NCBI RefSeq assembly: GCF_006345805.1
Contig: NC_042998.1
Coordinates: 92,008,001 to 92,072,000 of the forward strand
DNA: 64,000 nucleotides
Reading direction: 5' to 3'
DNA from: Octopus sinensis
Taxonomy: Eukaryota
Below the pieces are notes generated by a model. That model did no database searches. It was not told where the DNA came from and was given only the letters and a program-made list of their open reading frames with translations. Made by a program: the position numbers and the translations under genes. Below are positions 1 to 15,150 of this stretch, piece after piece; the first letter of the stretch is position 1; the number at the start of each line of letters is the position of its first letter.

Positions 1-820
1 ATTCATTTACTGATAGATTTGATTTTCTTTGTGGTTAAGAATTAAATGAGTCTAGATGACCATTTCTGGATTTTTATAATTTAATTACAGACATAGGAGA
101 AACTCTTAAATTTAATTCATAATAAAATTGTTTGTGTTGTACTTAGCAGGGGGCTTAATAACATTTCATCATATATTGTGGAATATAAGTAAACATTCCT
201 ATAATGACAAAATCCTTCTGAAAATTGCATGTTATCAACAAATGATGAGAAATCATAAAATAATTTCCTCAGTTAAAGCTTGATGTACAACTAAATATAT
301 AAACTGTCAAAAGGTGGAGTTATACTATTGATCGAAGTTGAAAGCAAACAGTTATTTTTCAACTTTTAATGCTTGTTTTTTTTTTCTTTATTGTTACTTT
401 TCTTTATTTCTACACTTGTTATCTTATTTGCAGTATTATAATTGCTTGGAAAATGTTTTGCCTTCAGTTTGCTTTCTAAGTCATCTGCATGAAGTCCTGT
501 TGTGTTTACCATTTATTTTATCGTTATTTTTTTTTTAGTTTTGGTTCACTAAAACTACTGTTTATTTCAGTAAAATATAATTTTGGTAAACTTCTGACAT
601 TATTAAAATCAATTGTCATTAATTTAAAAATGACTAAATTCCCATCTTTAAAATTCTTCTTCAATTTTGTATTGAATCAACTGTAGTTTTCAGTGAATGT
701 TATTTCTATTAATGTGTTTATTCATTTAATATTCTATTAACTTTTCTGATTATTTTTCTATTTGCTTCAATCAAAATTGGTATGTTTCAGAAATATAATT
801 TTATTTTAGCCAAAACTTAA

Positions 821-855
<35 letters not shown>

Positions 856-1103
856 AAGAAGACTAGCACACACACACTCACACACTTACACACATGTAAG
901 TGTGTAAGTGCACACACACACACATGTATGTATATGGAATGTATAAATATCTCAAGTCATTACTTTCAATAACATCTAGCTAACTAAAATTTAATTGTAT
1001 AAAAAATTATTTAAATTTTAACTCTACTGCTAATGTATTTTAACCTCTCACTACATCCAGTTTATATATGTATATTTGTAAGTGCACATACATACATCAT
1101 ACA

Positions 1104-1134
<31 letters not shown>

Positions 1135-3798
1135 GTGTATATATATGTGTGTATATATGTGTGTGTGTATATATATATATACACAAAAACTTAATAAATA
1201 TTTATATAGTTAACAAAATCAAAAATTATCATATAATGGATACTCACATTGTAACACTCATATCAATCAGCATATTTGTTTGCATTAATGTTATAGTGGA
1301 CCAAAAATAGATATGTTTGAAGTTTCCTATAGAGCTTCATAAATTTCATCCTAACATCATATTTTGCAAGGAAATATGTGCAATATTTTATTACATTTAA
1401 AGCATTATTTACTATACAAAATGTTTCACTTCTATAATTTCTTTGCATAATTTTCTGGTAATAATAGTAGATTTCTAGCAAATATAACAGCTGAGTCATG
1501 AGAAAATTCCACTCCTTATACAAACTGAAAAACAAACCAATATGCTTACTCCTTTATTGTTGGCTTGTAGAAAGGAAAATCTGCTTAGTGTGATCATACA
1601 CAGCATGCAATTTTCAACCTGAATTAAAATAACTATAAAATGCTTATAGATAATTAATTTACAAATGTATGATTTATGATTATGTCAGTTTGTTTGTAAA
1701 ACTTTAAACATGCTTTAAAAAATTTCTCTAGCCACTAATTTTGCTCTACCAATTATCTATTTCTCAATCAACTACAAGTCCTGAGGATCATAGATATTTT
1801 CTAATGATGAAAGTGATTTGGATCTCAGAGTAATGGATATTCTTTATTTTTTTGATGATTGTTGTTATTTTGGACATACATATTTGTATGAAACTCTTCA
1901 TATTTTATTTCATATTCTTTTATTCTCTTAGACATCATCATCACCATCATCATAATCCACAGATAATCTTCGTCATCATTATTAAAAGGATTTCATATTT
2001 AATGACATCCCCACACCACTCCACCCAGCCATCCTAATGTGTGTATGACAGAAATAGATAAGTCTGAAAATCAATTCTCGTTCACTTGTCTCTATTGTTC
2101 TCTGTTGTTTTTAAGACACTGTTTCATCCTCTTTTTTCTGTGTTCTTTTCCTTTTTATTTATTTATTTACATTTTGCTGCTAGTGTAACCTTCAGCTATA
2201 GCCTAGTGATTTATGTCTCAAACAGATGCTGTAAGTAAGTAGTTAGTTGAAAGGAAGTATAGAAGATAATGAGTATTCTACATAAGGGCTTACTTTCATA
2301 CTGTAATAAAAGCTTATGAATGCTGGGAGTCAGAAATATTTAAGGTATATAGACATTGAGGTAAGTCAAAAGGCAAACTATTTTGGGATCAAGTTATGAT
2401 CCATGTCAGGCCAAGACCAATTTGTTGGTCAAATGTTAAGGAGTAGAAATGAAAGGATAGAAAAATTAGATATTTCAGCAGTTGGATAAGAATATTTAGA
2501 GGTTAGGTGTAATTATAGAAAACCTATATTTAGCTAGAAAATATGTAGAGAATATAAGAATCTTAAACATGGAACAAAGAAGGCCAGGGAAAGAATTTCT
2601 GAGAAGTCAGCATGTCACTAAGAAAAGAATATTTGTTATGGCCACCAGAATAAAAGTTTGAATTCTGACAAATGAAATACTTGCTATGTAGAAAATCAAG
2701 TTCTTGTAATATACAAAATTAATATTAAGAGAAATCAACACAAAAGATGTGAGAGTGAAGACTGCTACCTGCTGAATTTAGTAATATAAGATGTTATTTG
2801 TGTTAATAAGAGGGAAGAAGTTCATTTCCTTGTTGAAGATTTCTCATCATCACTTAAGAATGTTGAACAATTTTATATTCAAGAGAAAGATATGCAGAAA
2901 GTAGAACTTGTATGGTGTTCAAAAGTATTTTAATATTATTGGCTGTTTCCCAAATTCTTCAAAATAGGATTATTCATGTTGGCTCTATATACATTTATAT
3001 CTATGTCTATATATATCTATATATATATATATGTTAAATTGAATATTCTTGACAGATTTAATATGTCTACATATCTTATTGTTAATATTAATTACGGCCA
3101 TATATTTTGCTTTAATTTCAAATTCTTTTAGTAATACGGGACCATATTTCAATGTTAAATTTTCATACTAAGCTCATTAATATAAAATGTAATTTTTAGG
3201 AAATAAATTCCTTTGTATTTTCGTAAGTGTTTTACGGTACTATTATGTGCTGAACTGCCTCCAAACTAGGTCTAGCAATGTCACAATTATAGTTCTACAT
3301 TTTAATGTTAATTAGTTCCATCATTATCATAAAAGTTTGCATTTATTACAATGTTATAAATTTCTTTGACAGCCTATCAGCTTTGAAAGATAATTCTTGA
3401 TATTACAGTTATTTAATTTACATTACTCAGAGCAACTTTAACTGTAATAGAAGCACTGGCTTAATTAACCTATTAGTTATGCATTGTTGATCTCAATACT
3501 ATATATAACCAAAAATAATATTCCTACATTCCTCACTCTAATTAACTTTAGTTATACAGATTATTTGACTGTTACAAATGACTGAATCTACGAAATGCTA
3601 GTCTGCAAACTGAAGGGTTATCAGTTCATATCCTTTCACTGACAGTGTCGTCTGTTTCTATCAAATACACTGAATTATTACTGACCTGATCCAGCTGGTC
3701 ATATGCAAGTTTCAGATAAAATACAACATATGGATATTGTTGTTAGCTTATAAATGTTGTATAATTCCTCCTTGAAAATATATAGACATTATCATTTA

Positions 3799-4280
3799 GG
3801 CACTGGCATGGCTGTGTGGTAAGAGGTTTGTTTCCCAGCCACGTGGCTCCAGGTTCAGTCCCACTATGGGGCACCTTGGGCAAGCATTTTCTATCATGGC
3901 TTGGACTAACCAAAGCCTTATGTGTGGATTTGGTAGATAGAAACTAAAAGAAGCCCATTTTGTATGTATGTATGTATGTATGTATGTATGTATGTATGCA
4001 TGTATGTATGTATGTATGTATGTATGTATGTATGTATGTATGAATGTATGTATGTATGTATCTATCTATCTATCTATCTATCCATCTATCTATGTATCTA
4101 ACTATCTATCTATGTGTCTTAGTGTTTGTGTTTGTCTCATAACTTAGCAATCCAAAAGTTATGAGACTGATAAATACTAGGCTATAGAAGAGTAAGTAAT
4201 GGGTTGATTTGTTTGACTAAACCATTCAAGGTGGTGCCTGAGTATGACTGCAGCCCAGTGACAAGTAAAAGATAAAAAGA
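3799..4280 (+). mobile_element. tRNA-derived SINE family A with internal microsatellite
   Basis: Head ggcatggctgtgtggtaag...ggttcagtccc (box A/B-like), ccttgggcaag core, internal (TATG)n(TATC)n and tail gactaaa...ggtgc...acaagtaaaag. Confidence 0.8.
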
Positions 4281-5040
4281 TCATCAGTATTTTAAAGACA
4301 AAAGCCATTAAAGAAAGATAAATACCTAGCAATCTGAATTTGTAATTCAATTTTGATTTTAAATTATAACTATTTCACATTAAATATCTCTTGTAAAAGC
4401 TTGAGCATTGCTGCCCCTATGTCTCTTTCTCTGAGAGATCTTAAACTAATTTACCTGTTGCATGAGAGTCAAGAATGAGGAACTCTTAGTAGTGACTCAC
4501 TCTGACTTGACTTTGAATAGATAACTTTACACCTATTTGGAAAAGACATTAGAAACCCGAGACACTGCTTTGCATAACTACTTCTGTTCCATAGTTCTGC
4601 TACATTACAACAGTTCAAGATATAAGATTCTGGGATAGTCATCATCATCATCATCACCATCATTATCATCACAGTCATTGCTGCCACCATCATTGCCATT
4701 TTAACACCCTTTTTTCTGTACTTTACTTGGATCAGATGGAATTTGTTGCTGCAGATATTCTATGGTTTAATGATCTTCTTGTTAGTAACCTTCACTTGTT
4801 TCCAAGCAAGGTAAAATTTCCTCATGACTGGACATGTTTTCATGGAAGATTTGAAATGAATAACATCATTTGTATGATGGTTACACTTGTTTACAACTAT
4901 CATACGATGTCAAAGCAAGAAGACATAAACACACACACACACACATATATATATACACACACATTCATGCATACATCTATATAAGCACACACACGCACGC
5001 ACACACACGCACGCACACACACACACAAACACACACACAC

Positions 5041-5200
5041 ATACAATGGGCTTGCTGTTTCCAGCTACTAAATCCACTCACAAAAATTTGTTTGATTCAG
5101 AGTTATAGAAGACATTTGGTCAAGGTACCATATGGTTGGACTAAACCCCAAACCACATGGTTAGGAAGTAAAATTCTTCCCCATACATTCATACTTCCAT
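5041..5200 (-). mobile_element. SINE A, 5' half
   Basis: Reverse complement matches the head and core of family A and adjoins (CA)n. Confidence 0.6.
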
Positions 5201-6072
5201 CGTAAACACATACAAGCAAGCTTAATCTATAAAAACCATGTTTTACAGAGTAACTGGAGAAATTCTGTTATATTCATTAACCCAACATAAAAAAGAATTA
5301 CTTGATCAAACTTCTCACTTCAATAGTAAGATGAAAAATATTCATCTTCAAAGAGACAACCTTTTTAATGAGGGGAGAACAATAGATATTTTTTAGAAAA
5401 GTGTGATTGGTTCTAGAAATCAGGTTTAATTATAAAACACAATATACCATATTGTACTTATATCAGTAGTAAAAGTGTCATCATGAACAGCTAAGTATAC
5501 AGGTTATAAAGTAGCTGAATGTTGTTGAGATGTATAATGTTACAAGGAAGTGAAACATGGGCAGCAAAGACAAATGAATAGTATTGGTTGGAGAGTAAAG
5601 AGTTATATATGAATACTAGAAGTGCAATAGAGAAGAGATGGTGTGAAAAGTAACTACACATAGAAATGAGATCATTCATTATACCTTTCATATGTATATG
5701 AGCTGTGTCCCATGGGGTATTGAAAACCTGAGCAGAAACTATTAAAAAGGGACAATTATATACATAGGATTCTTAATTATCCCAAACATAGCACAAAGAG
5801 ACAGTAATTTAATTGATAGTGATCATCATTAGCATCAGCAGCATTATCATTTTATTTTACTTGTTGGTATGTGTTAAATAGGTCTGCAATACACTGCAGT
5901 GTCATTCTTTTAGAATATTTAACTGGTGTTGATCTAGTATTAAATATTTTTATTGTATTCATTTTTTTTATTCCACCAATCATTATTTTCTTGGCATATT
6001 CTACAAATAATTTAAGGCAAGTATTTCAACAATGAAATTCTGTGTAAAAGTATTGATTTATATGACCACAAC

Positions 6073-6603
6073 CCATGGCCTATGCCAGGGATGTAACCAA
6101 CCCACTTATGCATATCTTTCCTTCATTGAACACTAAACTCTGCTTGCGAAGACCTGTTGAGGCAAGTGAAATCGAAATCAAATCAAATTTGATGACTGAC
6201 ATCCGTGCTAGTGGAGCACTAAGAACACCATCTGAGCATGATCATTGCCAGAGCAGCTGACTGGTTTCCATGCCGGTGGCATGTAAAAAGTACCATTCGA
6301 GTGTGATTGTTACCAGCGTTGCCTTACAGGCACATGAATAAATATTCAAGCGTGGCCGTTGCCAGTACCGCCTGACTAGCCCTCTTGGTAGTGGCACGTA
6401 AAAACACCCATTACACTCTTGGAGTGGTTGGTGTTTGGAAGGGCATCCAGCTGTAGAAATTCTGCCAGATCAGATTGGAGCCTGGTGCAGCCATCTGGTT
6501 TGCCAGTCCTCAGTCAAATGGTCCAACTAATGCTAGCATGGAAAGCAGATGTTAAACGATGATGATGAGGACGATGATGATGATGATGATGATGATGATG
6601 ATA
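6073..6603 (+). mobile_element. RTE 3' UTR copy
   Basis: ggaagggcatccagctgtagaaa...gttaaacgatgatgatg tail. Its 5' part matches the reverse complement of 60870-60970. Confidence 0.8.
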
Positions 6604-8140
6604 GAAGTGGGATTTTACCAAATCAAATTTAAATGAATACTAATAATATTAACAAGCTTTTGTAAAGGAAACTTGAGAAAATAACAGTGTACTGAAAGCA
6701 GATGGTCATATCTTGGCCGACACTAATTTTAACATCTTGCACAATATATTTTTTCAGTCAGTGTTTTAGCCATGCCAACTAGCATGTAAACACTTCAGAC
6801 CACACACACAGCATCATAGTAAGAAGTGCAAATATCAAAAGATATCTGAACTAGTAAACTCCAACAGTCCAGGTTAATGGATAAGTCTACTAACTTATCA
6901 TACTATCTTGAAATAATATGTTCTATGTTTATGCTTTAATTAGCTTTCATATATAAATATAAAATCTACTAGTTTTGTATCAAATGTTTGTTTTTTAAAA
7001 TCTTGGAATTTAAGCACATCTACTATATTTCAAGTAAAACATAAAATATATTTTCTTGATCAAAAAAAAAAAAGTGCTTTATGTGACATTTTGTTAAAAT
7101 TCCTTATTCTGTTTGGGTCTCTCTATATGTAACATGGGTTGGATACATCTGTAAATTCCAACATTTTAAAAAATAAGCATTATTTTTTTTAAAGATTGGT
7201 TTTTCTTTCAAAAGTTATCTTCTGATATAGGGAATTAAGAGTTATATAATATAGCTTCTCATATAGTAGTGGTTATAACTATACTGCTATATTGTATATG
7301 AGATTGGAAGCTATACCATATAGAGTTTTTAGCAGTGGTCTGATACAAAAAAAAACAAAAAAACAAAAAGGAATTATGTCATTGTATAGCAGTATTGTAA
7401 TATAAGATTAAAACGGAATTTAGAAGTTATTTGCAGCTGTATCACATATTAAGAATATCACATGTTAAGAATAATTGGTGGTAACATTTCAGATAATTTT
7501 TTGTGCTGCCGTTTTGTTATACTGTTTTAAAGAAAAAACATGAAAAAAGTTCCACATTCTATATTTTGTACATCAGAGATTCAGAACCAGCATTTTCCCT
7601 TTTCCTTTTCTTTTCTTTTATTTCACTTTGCAAAATATTGGTTTCAAATTTTAGCACAAGGCCAGCAATTTTGGGTGCAGGTGTAAGTCAGTTACATTTA
7701 ACCCTGCTAAGAGTAACTTTACTTTTTATCCCTTTGGAATCGATAAAATAAGTGCATGTTGAGCACTGGGGTCGATGCCAGCCTTGTGTCAAAATTAGAA
7801 AGAATACTGTATGGCTTGAAATTTACATTACAATATTTATACCATTGTCCTAATATAATATATAATATAAAATATGTAATATATGCAATGCAGCTTGTAA
7901 ACATCATATTATATTTTGAGAAATATACTAAATGCACACTTTTCTAGTTTTCATGCCCATTTCCTCAAGCTTGTTATTTGTCCACCTAGCAACACCTGTG
8001 CCATATTGCATTAAGGAAACAGCCCATGTGTTCATTGCCCTAATTTTGTTTTTTCCATTGAGTCTCCTTTCCATCATTAACTTGGTTCTTTTGAGATATA
8101 CCACCTAAAGTTTTCCTTCATTTCATTTTCCTTGATTTTG

Positions 8141-8226
8141 TCTTCTTCTTCTTCTTCTTCTTCTTCTTCTTCTTCTTCTTCTTCCTCCTCCTCCTCCTTC
8201 TTCTTCTTCTTCTCCTCCTCCTCCTT

Positions 8227-8300
<74 letters not shown>
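8141..8300. repeat. Compound microsatellite (TTC)n(TCC)n(TTA)n
   Basis: Directly visible. It creates spurious poly-E/K/N ORFs. Confidence 0.95.
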
Positions 8301-8303
<3 letters not shown>

Positions 8304-9609
8304 ATATATAATAATCTGGCCAATCTTGGTTATATCTATGGAACTGTAAATCATTCTCATTTGTACAGAAAATCTTCTTGTGTGACATTTGCTAAAGTTA
8401 TAGCTAATTACATGTTTTTGAATCATAATGCTGATATATATCCTTACTGATTTGTCGTTTTATATAGAATATGTTCTACATCTGTTTATCATTTTTCACA
8501 AAATTCTTTTCTGAATCCTCAAAAATTAAGATTTTGCTTTTGAAAAATACTTTCGAATATACTTAACAAATATCAGGGTTCAAATGAAAAAATGAAATAA
8601 AGTAGAAAGTTAGTAGAATGCATGATCTGAAATTCCACCACACACTTATAATATATAATGAGTTAATAATTATTTCTTTGCTTAATAAGCATTGTTGCAT
8701 AATTATAACCATATGCATCTGAGAGGCAGCAAACTCTAAAATGTATTATTTACCAAATGTTCGCATATCAGATTATAGTTACATATTTAATTATTGAATT
8801 AAATTGTAGTTATATACTAATTAACTTGTGTCAATATGTAAGCTATCAATACATAATACACTCGATGAAGCATATAAAATATGAACTTCATGAGTTTGTA
8901 ACAAAAAAATATACACTGCATTGCTTCCTTATTCTCTCTTTGATTAAGTTGGTGCCAGAGATTATACTGCATTCTCTTCCCATAACGTTAGAAATGTCTG
9001 TAAGAGAACACTACACCAAATCTGTCTTGGATAGCCATAGTAAATATGTTTAGTCTAGAATAAAGACCAATATAAATTGATAGAATGATATATAAACATT
9101 TGCTTTTCTTATTTGTTAGTCTGAGACTGAGAAGCAGTGTCCATAGCTATTTTAAATCTTTGTTGATTGTGAGACAAGAATAACTTAACAAATTTTAGTG
9201 TTATAATGTACAGTAGAACATATCTATAAAGTCAGCACTGTGTGGATTATAAAGATTGTAAATCATATATCTTTACAATATGCTCATGGACAGAAAAAAC
9301 CCAGCTGATGATAATGGCAACAAGAAGCAAAACATGCTACATCTGTTACCTGTTTTCTGTTCATGAACATATGTATAAGACATATTGTTTTCAGTTGTAA
9401 CACCCTGTGCTGGCTAATAAATCTATTGTACATTATAGTAATGAAGTCAAATGCTGTCAACACACCAGAAATACAAGGTGTTCTGGATAAATTTGACAGT
9501 TTGCACGAAAGGAAATGAAAACACAAAATCCAATCAAAAAATAAAGGTATTTTAAAAAATCAAAAAATAGCAACTCAAAGTAAACTGCTATTTTTCTGCA
9601 ACCAACTCT

Positions 9610-10030
9610 TGAGGATGTGAGCACATAGGTCCTGGGTTCTTATAACATGACCCAAATATTGCAGTTTTAAAGTCTGATCACCATCACCCCATCTCTCATT
9701 CTATTCTCATCTCCTCCATGGCTGAATTTCTATGGGCTGCCCAACTGATCTACAACACTCACCTGTAGCACAACATCAGAAACATCCTCAGTCTCTTTGG
9801 TGTCAGCCACACTTAGGGGCAATGTTTCATGTTCACACAATGCTACTAGCATGGCTTGAGGTTTTAGAAGTTTTAGCTTGATACTTTTGTCTGTTCATGT
9901 TGTATTGAGTAACCTCAGGGCTGATCTTCCAGTATCAAGTCTGCCCCTGGTTTCCTAGGTGCAGTTTGTTTTTTGATCAACGATAAAGCCCATGTATATT
10001 AACTTGTTGACAAAATGAGACACTGACATG
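9610..10030 (-). mobile_element. Old RTE-like LINE fragment (post-RT region), a different family
   Basis: Minus frames read VNKLIYMGFIVD...GRLDTGRSAL..LN..*TDKSI, MLCYR-like...ISW and LKLQYLGHVIR. Confidence 0.55.
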
Positions 10031-10419
10031 TATAGTATGCTCAAAATCTGGTTTTATCTCAAAATGTCACATATTTAACACAAATTTTCAAGCAACAATA
10101 ACAATTAAATAACAGTGGTTTTAAATACTTTTATTTCTTTAAATATCAGAAGGTATTTCTGTCAGATTAAATTCCTGCTGGAGCAGTTTCTCATGATTCA
10201 ACTTGAAGTATTCTGTTAGAAACATAAAGGTTCTTTTATCTACATCTATAACAAGCTCTGTTATTCAGGTATTTCATCAAGATTCATTGTATAATTTTTT
10301 TCTATCTCTTTGTTGTAAATATTTAACACTTTGACACATTTTGGAATCTTAATGGCTTTGCATATCATATAAACACTTTTTAGTGTTACACCTTTTCTCT
10401 GAATACTTCATTGAATAAG

Positions 10420-10486
<67 letters not shown>

Positions 10487-11504
10487 TATATATATATATA
10501 TATACATATGTTTATATCTGTATGTGTGTATATGCGAAAGTGTACATGTGTGTGTGTGTGTGCATGCACGAGAGAGTCTAGGTGATTCTTATTTCCAAAG
10601 ACTTAATTACATGTTTGTTGAAAGTAGTGTTGTTATTAATTCATATAATGCAATGGTGTGTCATATAGACAGCAAGGTAGACTAAAGTAACTATATGAAT
10701 AATATAAGTTCTGTTGTAGTAAAATGAAATAAAAAAATCATGACAGTTGGTTAGTATAATCTGTGGTGGGAAATATTATTGACTTCTTAGCTGAGATTTC
10801 AAACAAAAATCCCAAATAACATGCATATATTTCTATAACAAATATTTTCTTAGTACATGTTAGACTTCCAATTTGTTATTTTACCAGAATTGTAGTTTTA
10901 TCAAATTAACAAACTTGATATAGGAATCAAAATTCTCAAAGTCAGCATGTATGTTCTTTTGAGCAGCTAAGTTGACATAAAAATCAAAATTTTTAAAAGT
11001 CAGCATGTATATTACTTAAAACAACATTTTTAATTTTCTAGACCGCCCAAGATGGAATTGGACTCCAAATAACATAGTGAAATATTTTACTAGTTGAGTT
11101 CATTCAAATAAATTTATCTTAGATTTAGTGAAAATGAAACACCTAGTATAGATCACAAAAATAAGCTCAACTCTCTGCTCTACCATTTTATTTATTATTG
11201 TATTCTTGGTGAAATATATTCTTTCAAAACCACTAAAAATGTAGGACTTCCTTAAGTAAATTTAATTCTTGACTAATGCTGTTTGACGTCATTTTTTGAA
11301 GAATTTTACATCAATGAATAAAGAAGAAGCAACTTATTTCTTCATTGGAATATAAATGTAACTACATATACTGTATCTCAAAATAACTACTACATAAATA
11401 TTTTCATCAATATATTAGAAAATTAAATATTTTTGATTTTTATAGTTAATGTCTTAAATCTAATAATTTTTTTCAAAATTTCTTTTTATGAGCTTCATTT
11501 ATTT

Positions 11505-11895
11505 TTTGACTTGTTTCACTCACTGGACTGCAGCCATCCTGGAGCACCACTTTGATGGATCTAGTTGAGCAAATCAACCCCAAAACTTATTTTAAGTCTA
11601 GTACTTATTATACCAGTCTCTTCTGTCAAACCACTAAGTTACAGGGGTGTAAACAAATCAACACTGTTTGACAAGGAATGAGGGACAAAGACAAATATAT
11701 GCATACATTCACACACTCACACACACACCAATATACAATGGGCTTCCACACAGTTTCCCTCTCCAAATTCACTCAAAAGCATTGGTTAACCTGGAGCTGT
11801 AGCAGACCCTAGCCTAAGGTGTTACATGGTAGAACTGATCCCAAAACTACATCGTTGGGAAACAAAATTCTAAACCACACAGCCATGATAGCTGT
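11505..11895 (-). mobile_element. SINE A
   Basis: Full-length reverse-complement match to family A. Confidence 0.75.
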
Positions 11896-12825
11896 ATGCC
11901 TTATGATAAATTATTTCAAATGAAAATTTCATGTAATTATTACAAAGACTGTGCATTTCACAAGTTGATTACACTCACCTTAGTCTTATTATTATTTAGT
12001 AGACCTATAATTAAAGTAATCAAAAATCTTTCAATTGTAATCATCTGGATATTTTAAAAAAATATACTATATATACTATTCAATGTATCCATTCTTTTTT
12101 ATGATGGTAAAGTGTTATTTCAAGGGAATTTTATTGCTTTTTCTAGCAGGTTGAATTATCTTAGAAACTCCTCAAAAGGTTCTTTGACACTAGCTTATAT
12201 TTCGATAGGGTATATATATATATATACATAAATATAAATATATATATGTGTGTATGTATATATATATATAATAATAATAATATTAATAATAATGAAATTA
12301 TTGTATACAGTGCTCAGGTGCACCACAACTTGTCAGAAAGTGCGTATAAAGTATATGCAGTAATGTACAAATGTCTGGAAAGCGAACAATGTATGAGTCA
12401 GATACATGCTTGTGTGTGTATGGAGGGGAGGAAATCAGGTGTAGTGTTGGCGAATCTCAGAAAGCATGGAAGTTTTGAAGGATGCAGTGCTCCGACTACA
12501 CACACACACACATATGAATGAACTAATCCTTTTATATTACAAGCATTGATTTTATCAGTCTCAGAAAGTGTGAACTCAAAAGTGTGAAGCATTATATAAA
12601 ATACTGTAAACTAATTGTAGAAGTAATAGTAGTAGAACTACTACTGTTTCTAAATTAGACTAATTCAATATTTCATATTTAATAGTTATGATGAGGAAAA
12701 TAACAATTATAGGGGGGTTAATTTTCTTTTTCTTACCAATATATCAGTTTTGAAAAAATAACAAACTAAAAAAAAAAAGAATTCTGAAATTAAAAAATTA
12801 ATATTAAATTGAGTTATATTCAATG

Positions 12826-13035
12826 GCAAGTTGGTAGACTCATGTCTGTGCTTGATAAAATGCTTAATAGCATTTCTTGCAGTTCTTTATGATCTGAGTC
12901 TAAATACCACCAATGTGGACTTTGCCTTCTGTCTTTTTGGGGTCGATAGAATAAGTACCAGTTTAACAATGAAGTTGATGTAATCAGCTTCTCCTTCCAC
13001 ACAAAATTACTGGTTTTGTGCCAAAATTAGAAAGA
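12826..13035 (+). mobile_element. tRNA-derived SINE family B
   Basis: ggcaagttggtagac...gactttgccttc...ggggtcgatagaataagtaccag...ttgtgcc. Confidence 0.65.
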
Positions 13036-13372
13036 GCTATTTCCAGCTGTAAGTATTAAGAAAATGCTTATTTTAGTGCTTTACCAGAACTTATCATAGT
13101 TACGACATCAATCTTAGATAATTTAATTCAAATTTTATTTCATATATCCTATCATCAATCATATTCTATATCAGAAAAATCTGACATATCATATATTTTT
13201 ATGAGTCAAAGCTGGATAAATATAATAACTGCAACTCATATCATGAATTTATACTTCACATGTTTGTCACTCTCATCAATCATTTGTATTTTAGTAATTT
13301 TCTCCAACTCTCTGGACTTTGACATTATTCAGAATGATTGCCCAACACGCACACATGCACTCGCACATGCAT

Positions 13373-13413
<41 letters not shown>

Positions 13414-13969
13414 TACACACACACAACCTTTAATAATAACTGCTGAAACTAGTTTTGCATGAAACACATGAATACATTTTGAACATTATTTTTGGAAATA
13501 TATTATATTTTGATTGAACCAATTTTTTTTGAAATTGTAAATTATTTAAATGTGTCTTGATTGTAAATGTTTCAGAAATATCATCATTATGCAGTGTTTT
13601 TGTTGCTAATAAAAAATGTTTTGTATCCTAATTATGTATGCAGCATTTTGTGAGTGGCAAACCCCCCTTGTGTATGACATATCATTATTTCTCTTAAAAA
13701 AATCTTAATTGAACGAAAAGAGAAAAAATAGAATTTGTTAATATAAAATCATATTAAATACATCAATAGAAATTGAAGTAAACCCAAAACTTTTGTGAAC
13801 TCTTTTGAATTAGATTAATAAGTATTAACAATGAACACCTATAAGAAAAAAGTTTTACAACTATTCTCTTGAAATATTTTTATTTGTGATGAAATAGTTT
13901 TATCATCTTTTCTCTAGAAAGTGTAGTCTTTTCTTTATATATTGTGTTTTCTACAGGATTGTAAATGAA

Positions 13970-14620
13970 TATTTTTTCAGTTCCCAGCAAGAAGTTCTTT
14001 TCTGCAGTTTTGGTTCATCACTTTCTTTTCTAAGGAGTCTTGTAAAATAACACCTTGCTTCTTGTAGCTATTTACACTTTGACCTTTAATTTTTATATTG
14101 AATGATAGAAATGCTTTTTTCTTACCCTTTTATTTATTTATTATTTGTTTATTTTTAATTTCGCTCTGACCTCTATGATATCACCTAATTCTACCTTTGT
14201 ATAATACTGGAGTAATAGCACATATCTCCATCTTTGGGGAGGTCAACTGAATAGTTTACAGTCTTCTTTTTATAATTATTTATGATTTTTAGCTATCCAG
14301 TGCATCTAGTGTCCATAAAGTCATATTTTTAAGTAAATTTACCAGAGATTAATATAGTTGTTGTATAATCACACTTATGAAACATCTCCTTTTTACATAT
14401 TCTCTTCCTGTGCTCTAAGGTAAACTTAAATGATGCTTTTCAGAGACGTGGTTCTTGATATTAACATGTACCTTAGTATTTCCCCTGTTCATCTTTAGAC
14501 CCTTTCAATCAAGCTCTCTTTATTAAAGTTTGAACTTCTTTAATAACTACCATTTATAGCAGCCATAGAAGGTGAAAAAAAGTAGACACCACATGACAGT
14601 ACTACACTTACATTAATTTC
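13970..14620 (-). mobile_element. Highly degenerate LINE RT-like fragment
   Basis: Only GLKMNRGNTKV and an MEIC...GRIR remnant are recognisable on the minus strand. Confidence 0.3.
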
Positions 14621-14974
14621 TCAAAGTTTCTCCAATTCCAAATTTATTTAATGTAACTCTTATGTGTCATTAATGTACAACACATTATCTTATTGACTTC
14701 TGAACTGAAAAATGTATGATGGCTCCTGAGATTTTCAACAAACTTCTACATTTATTTCTATCTTACCTCCTTTGTTCAATATATGTATGAATACACACAC
14801 ACACACATCTACACATATACTCATAATATGTTTGTGTGTGTGTACATATACACAGAAATTCACACATGTGAAGACATTATTATTTTGTTATAACTTCTAT
14901 AGACAAGGCTCACTACAATGCTGCAGTTTTATATTAAAAAGTTTAAGTGAAAAATCATCATCATTGTCACCATC

Positions 14975-15150
14975 ATCATCATCGTTTAATGACTGCTTTC
15001 CCTGCTGACATGGGTTGGATGGTTTGACTGAGGACTGGCAAGCCAGAAGGCTGCTCCAGGCTCCAATCTAATCTGACATGGTTTCTACAGCTGGAGCCCT
15101 TCCTAACCCTAACCACTCTGAGAGTGGTTGGTGTTAGGAATGGCATCATG
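14975..15150 (-). mobile_element. RTE 3' tail
   Basis: (cat)n-cgtttaatgactgctttcc...ctacagctggagcccttccta. Confidence 0.7.

Noticed and set aside
2250-2700. Purine-rich stretches (also 20200-20620, 25130-25350, 48700-49200) resembling old LINE remnants
   Set aside because: I could not read any diagnostic protein motif.
4753-4810. Candidate small exons with AG/GT ends at 4753-4810, 5249-5326, 30258-30295 and the TG|gtatgt at 779
   Set aside because: They show no Ig or other motif, most do not fit the required phase, and such sites are expected by chance in AT-rich DNA.
8077-8426. Poly-E/K/N and poly-I/R ORFs
   Set aside because: They are translations of a compound trinucleotide microsatellite.
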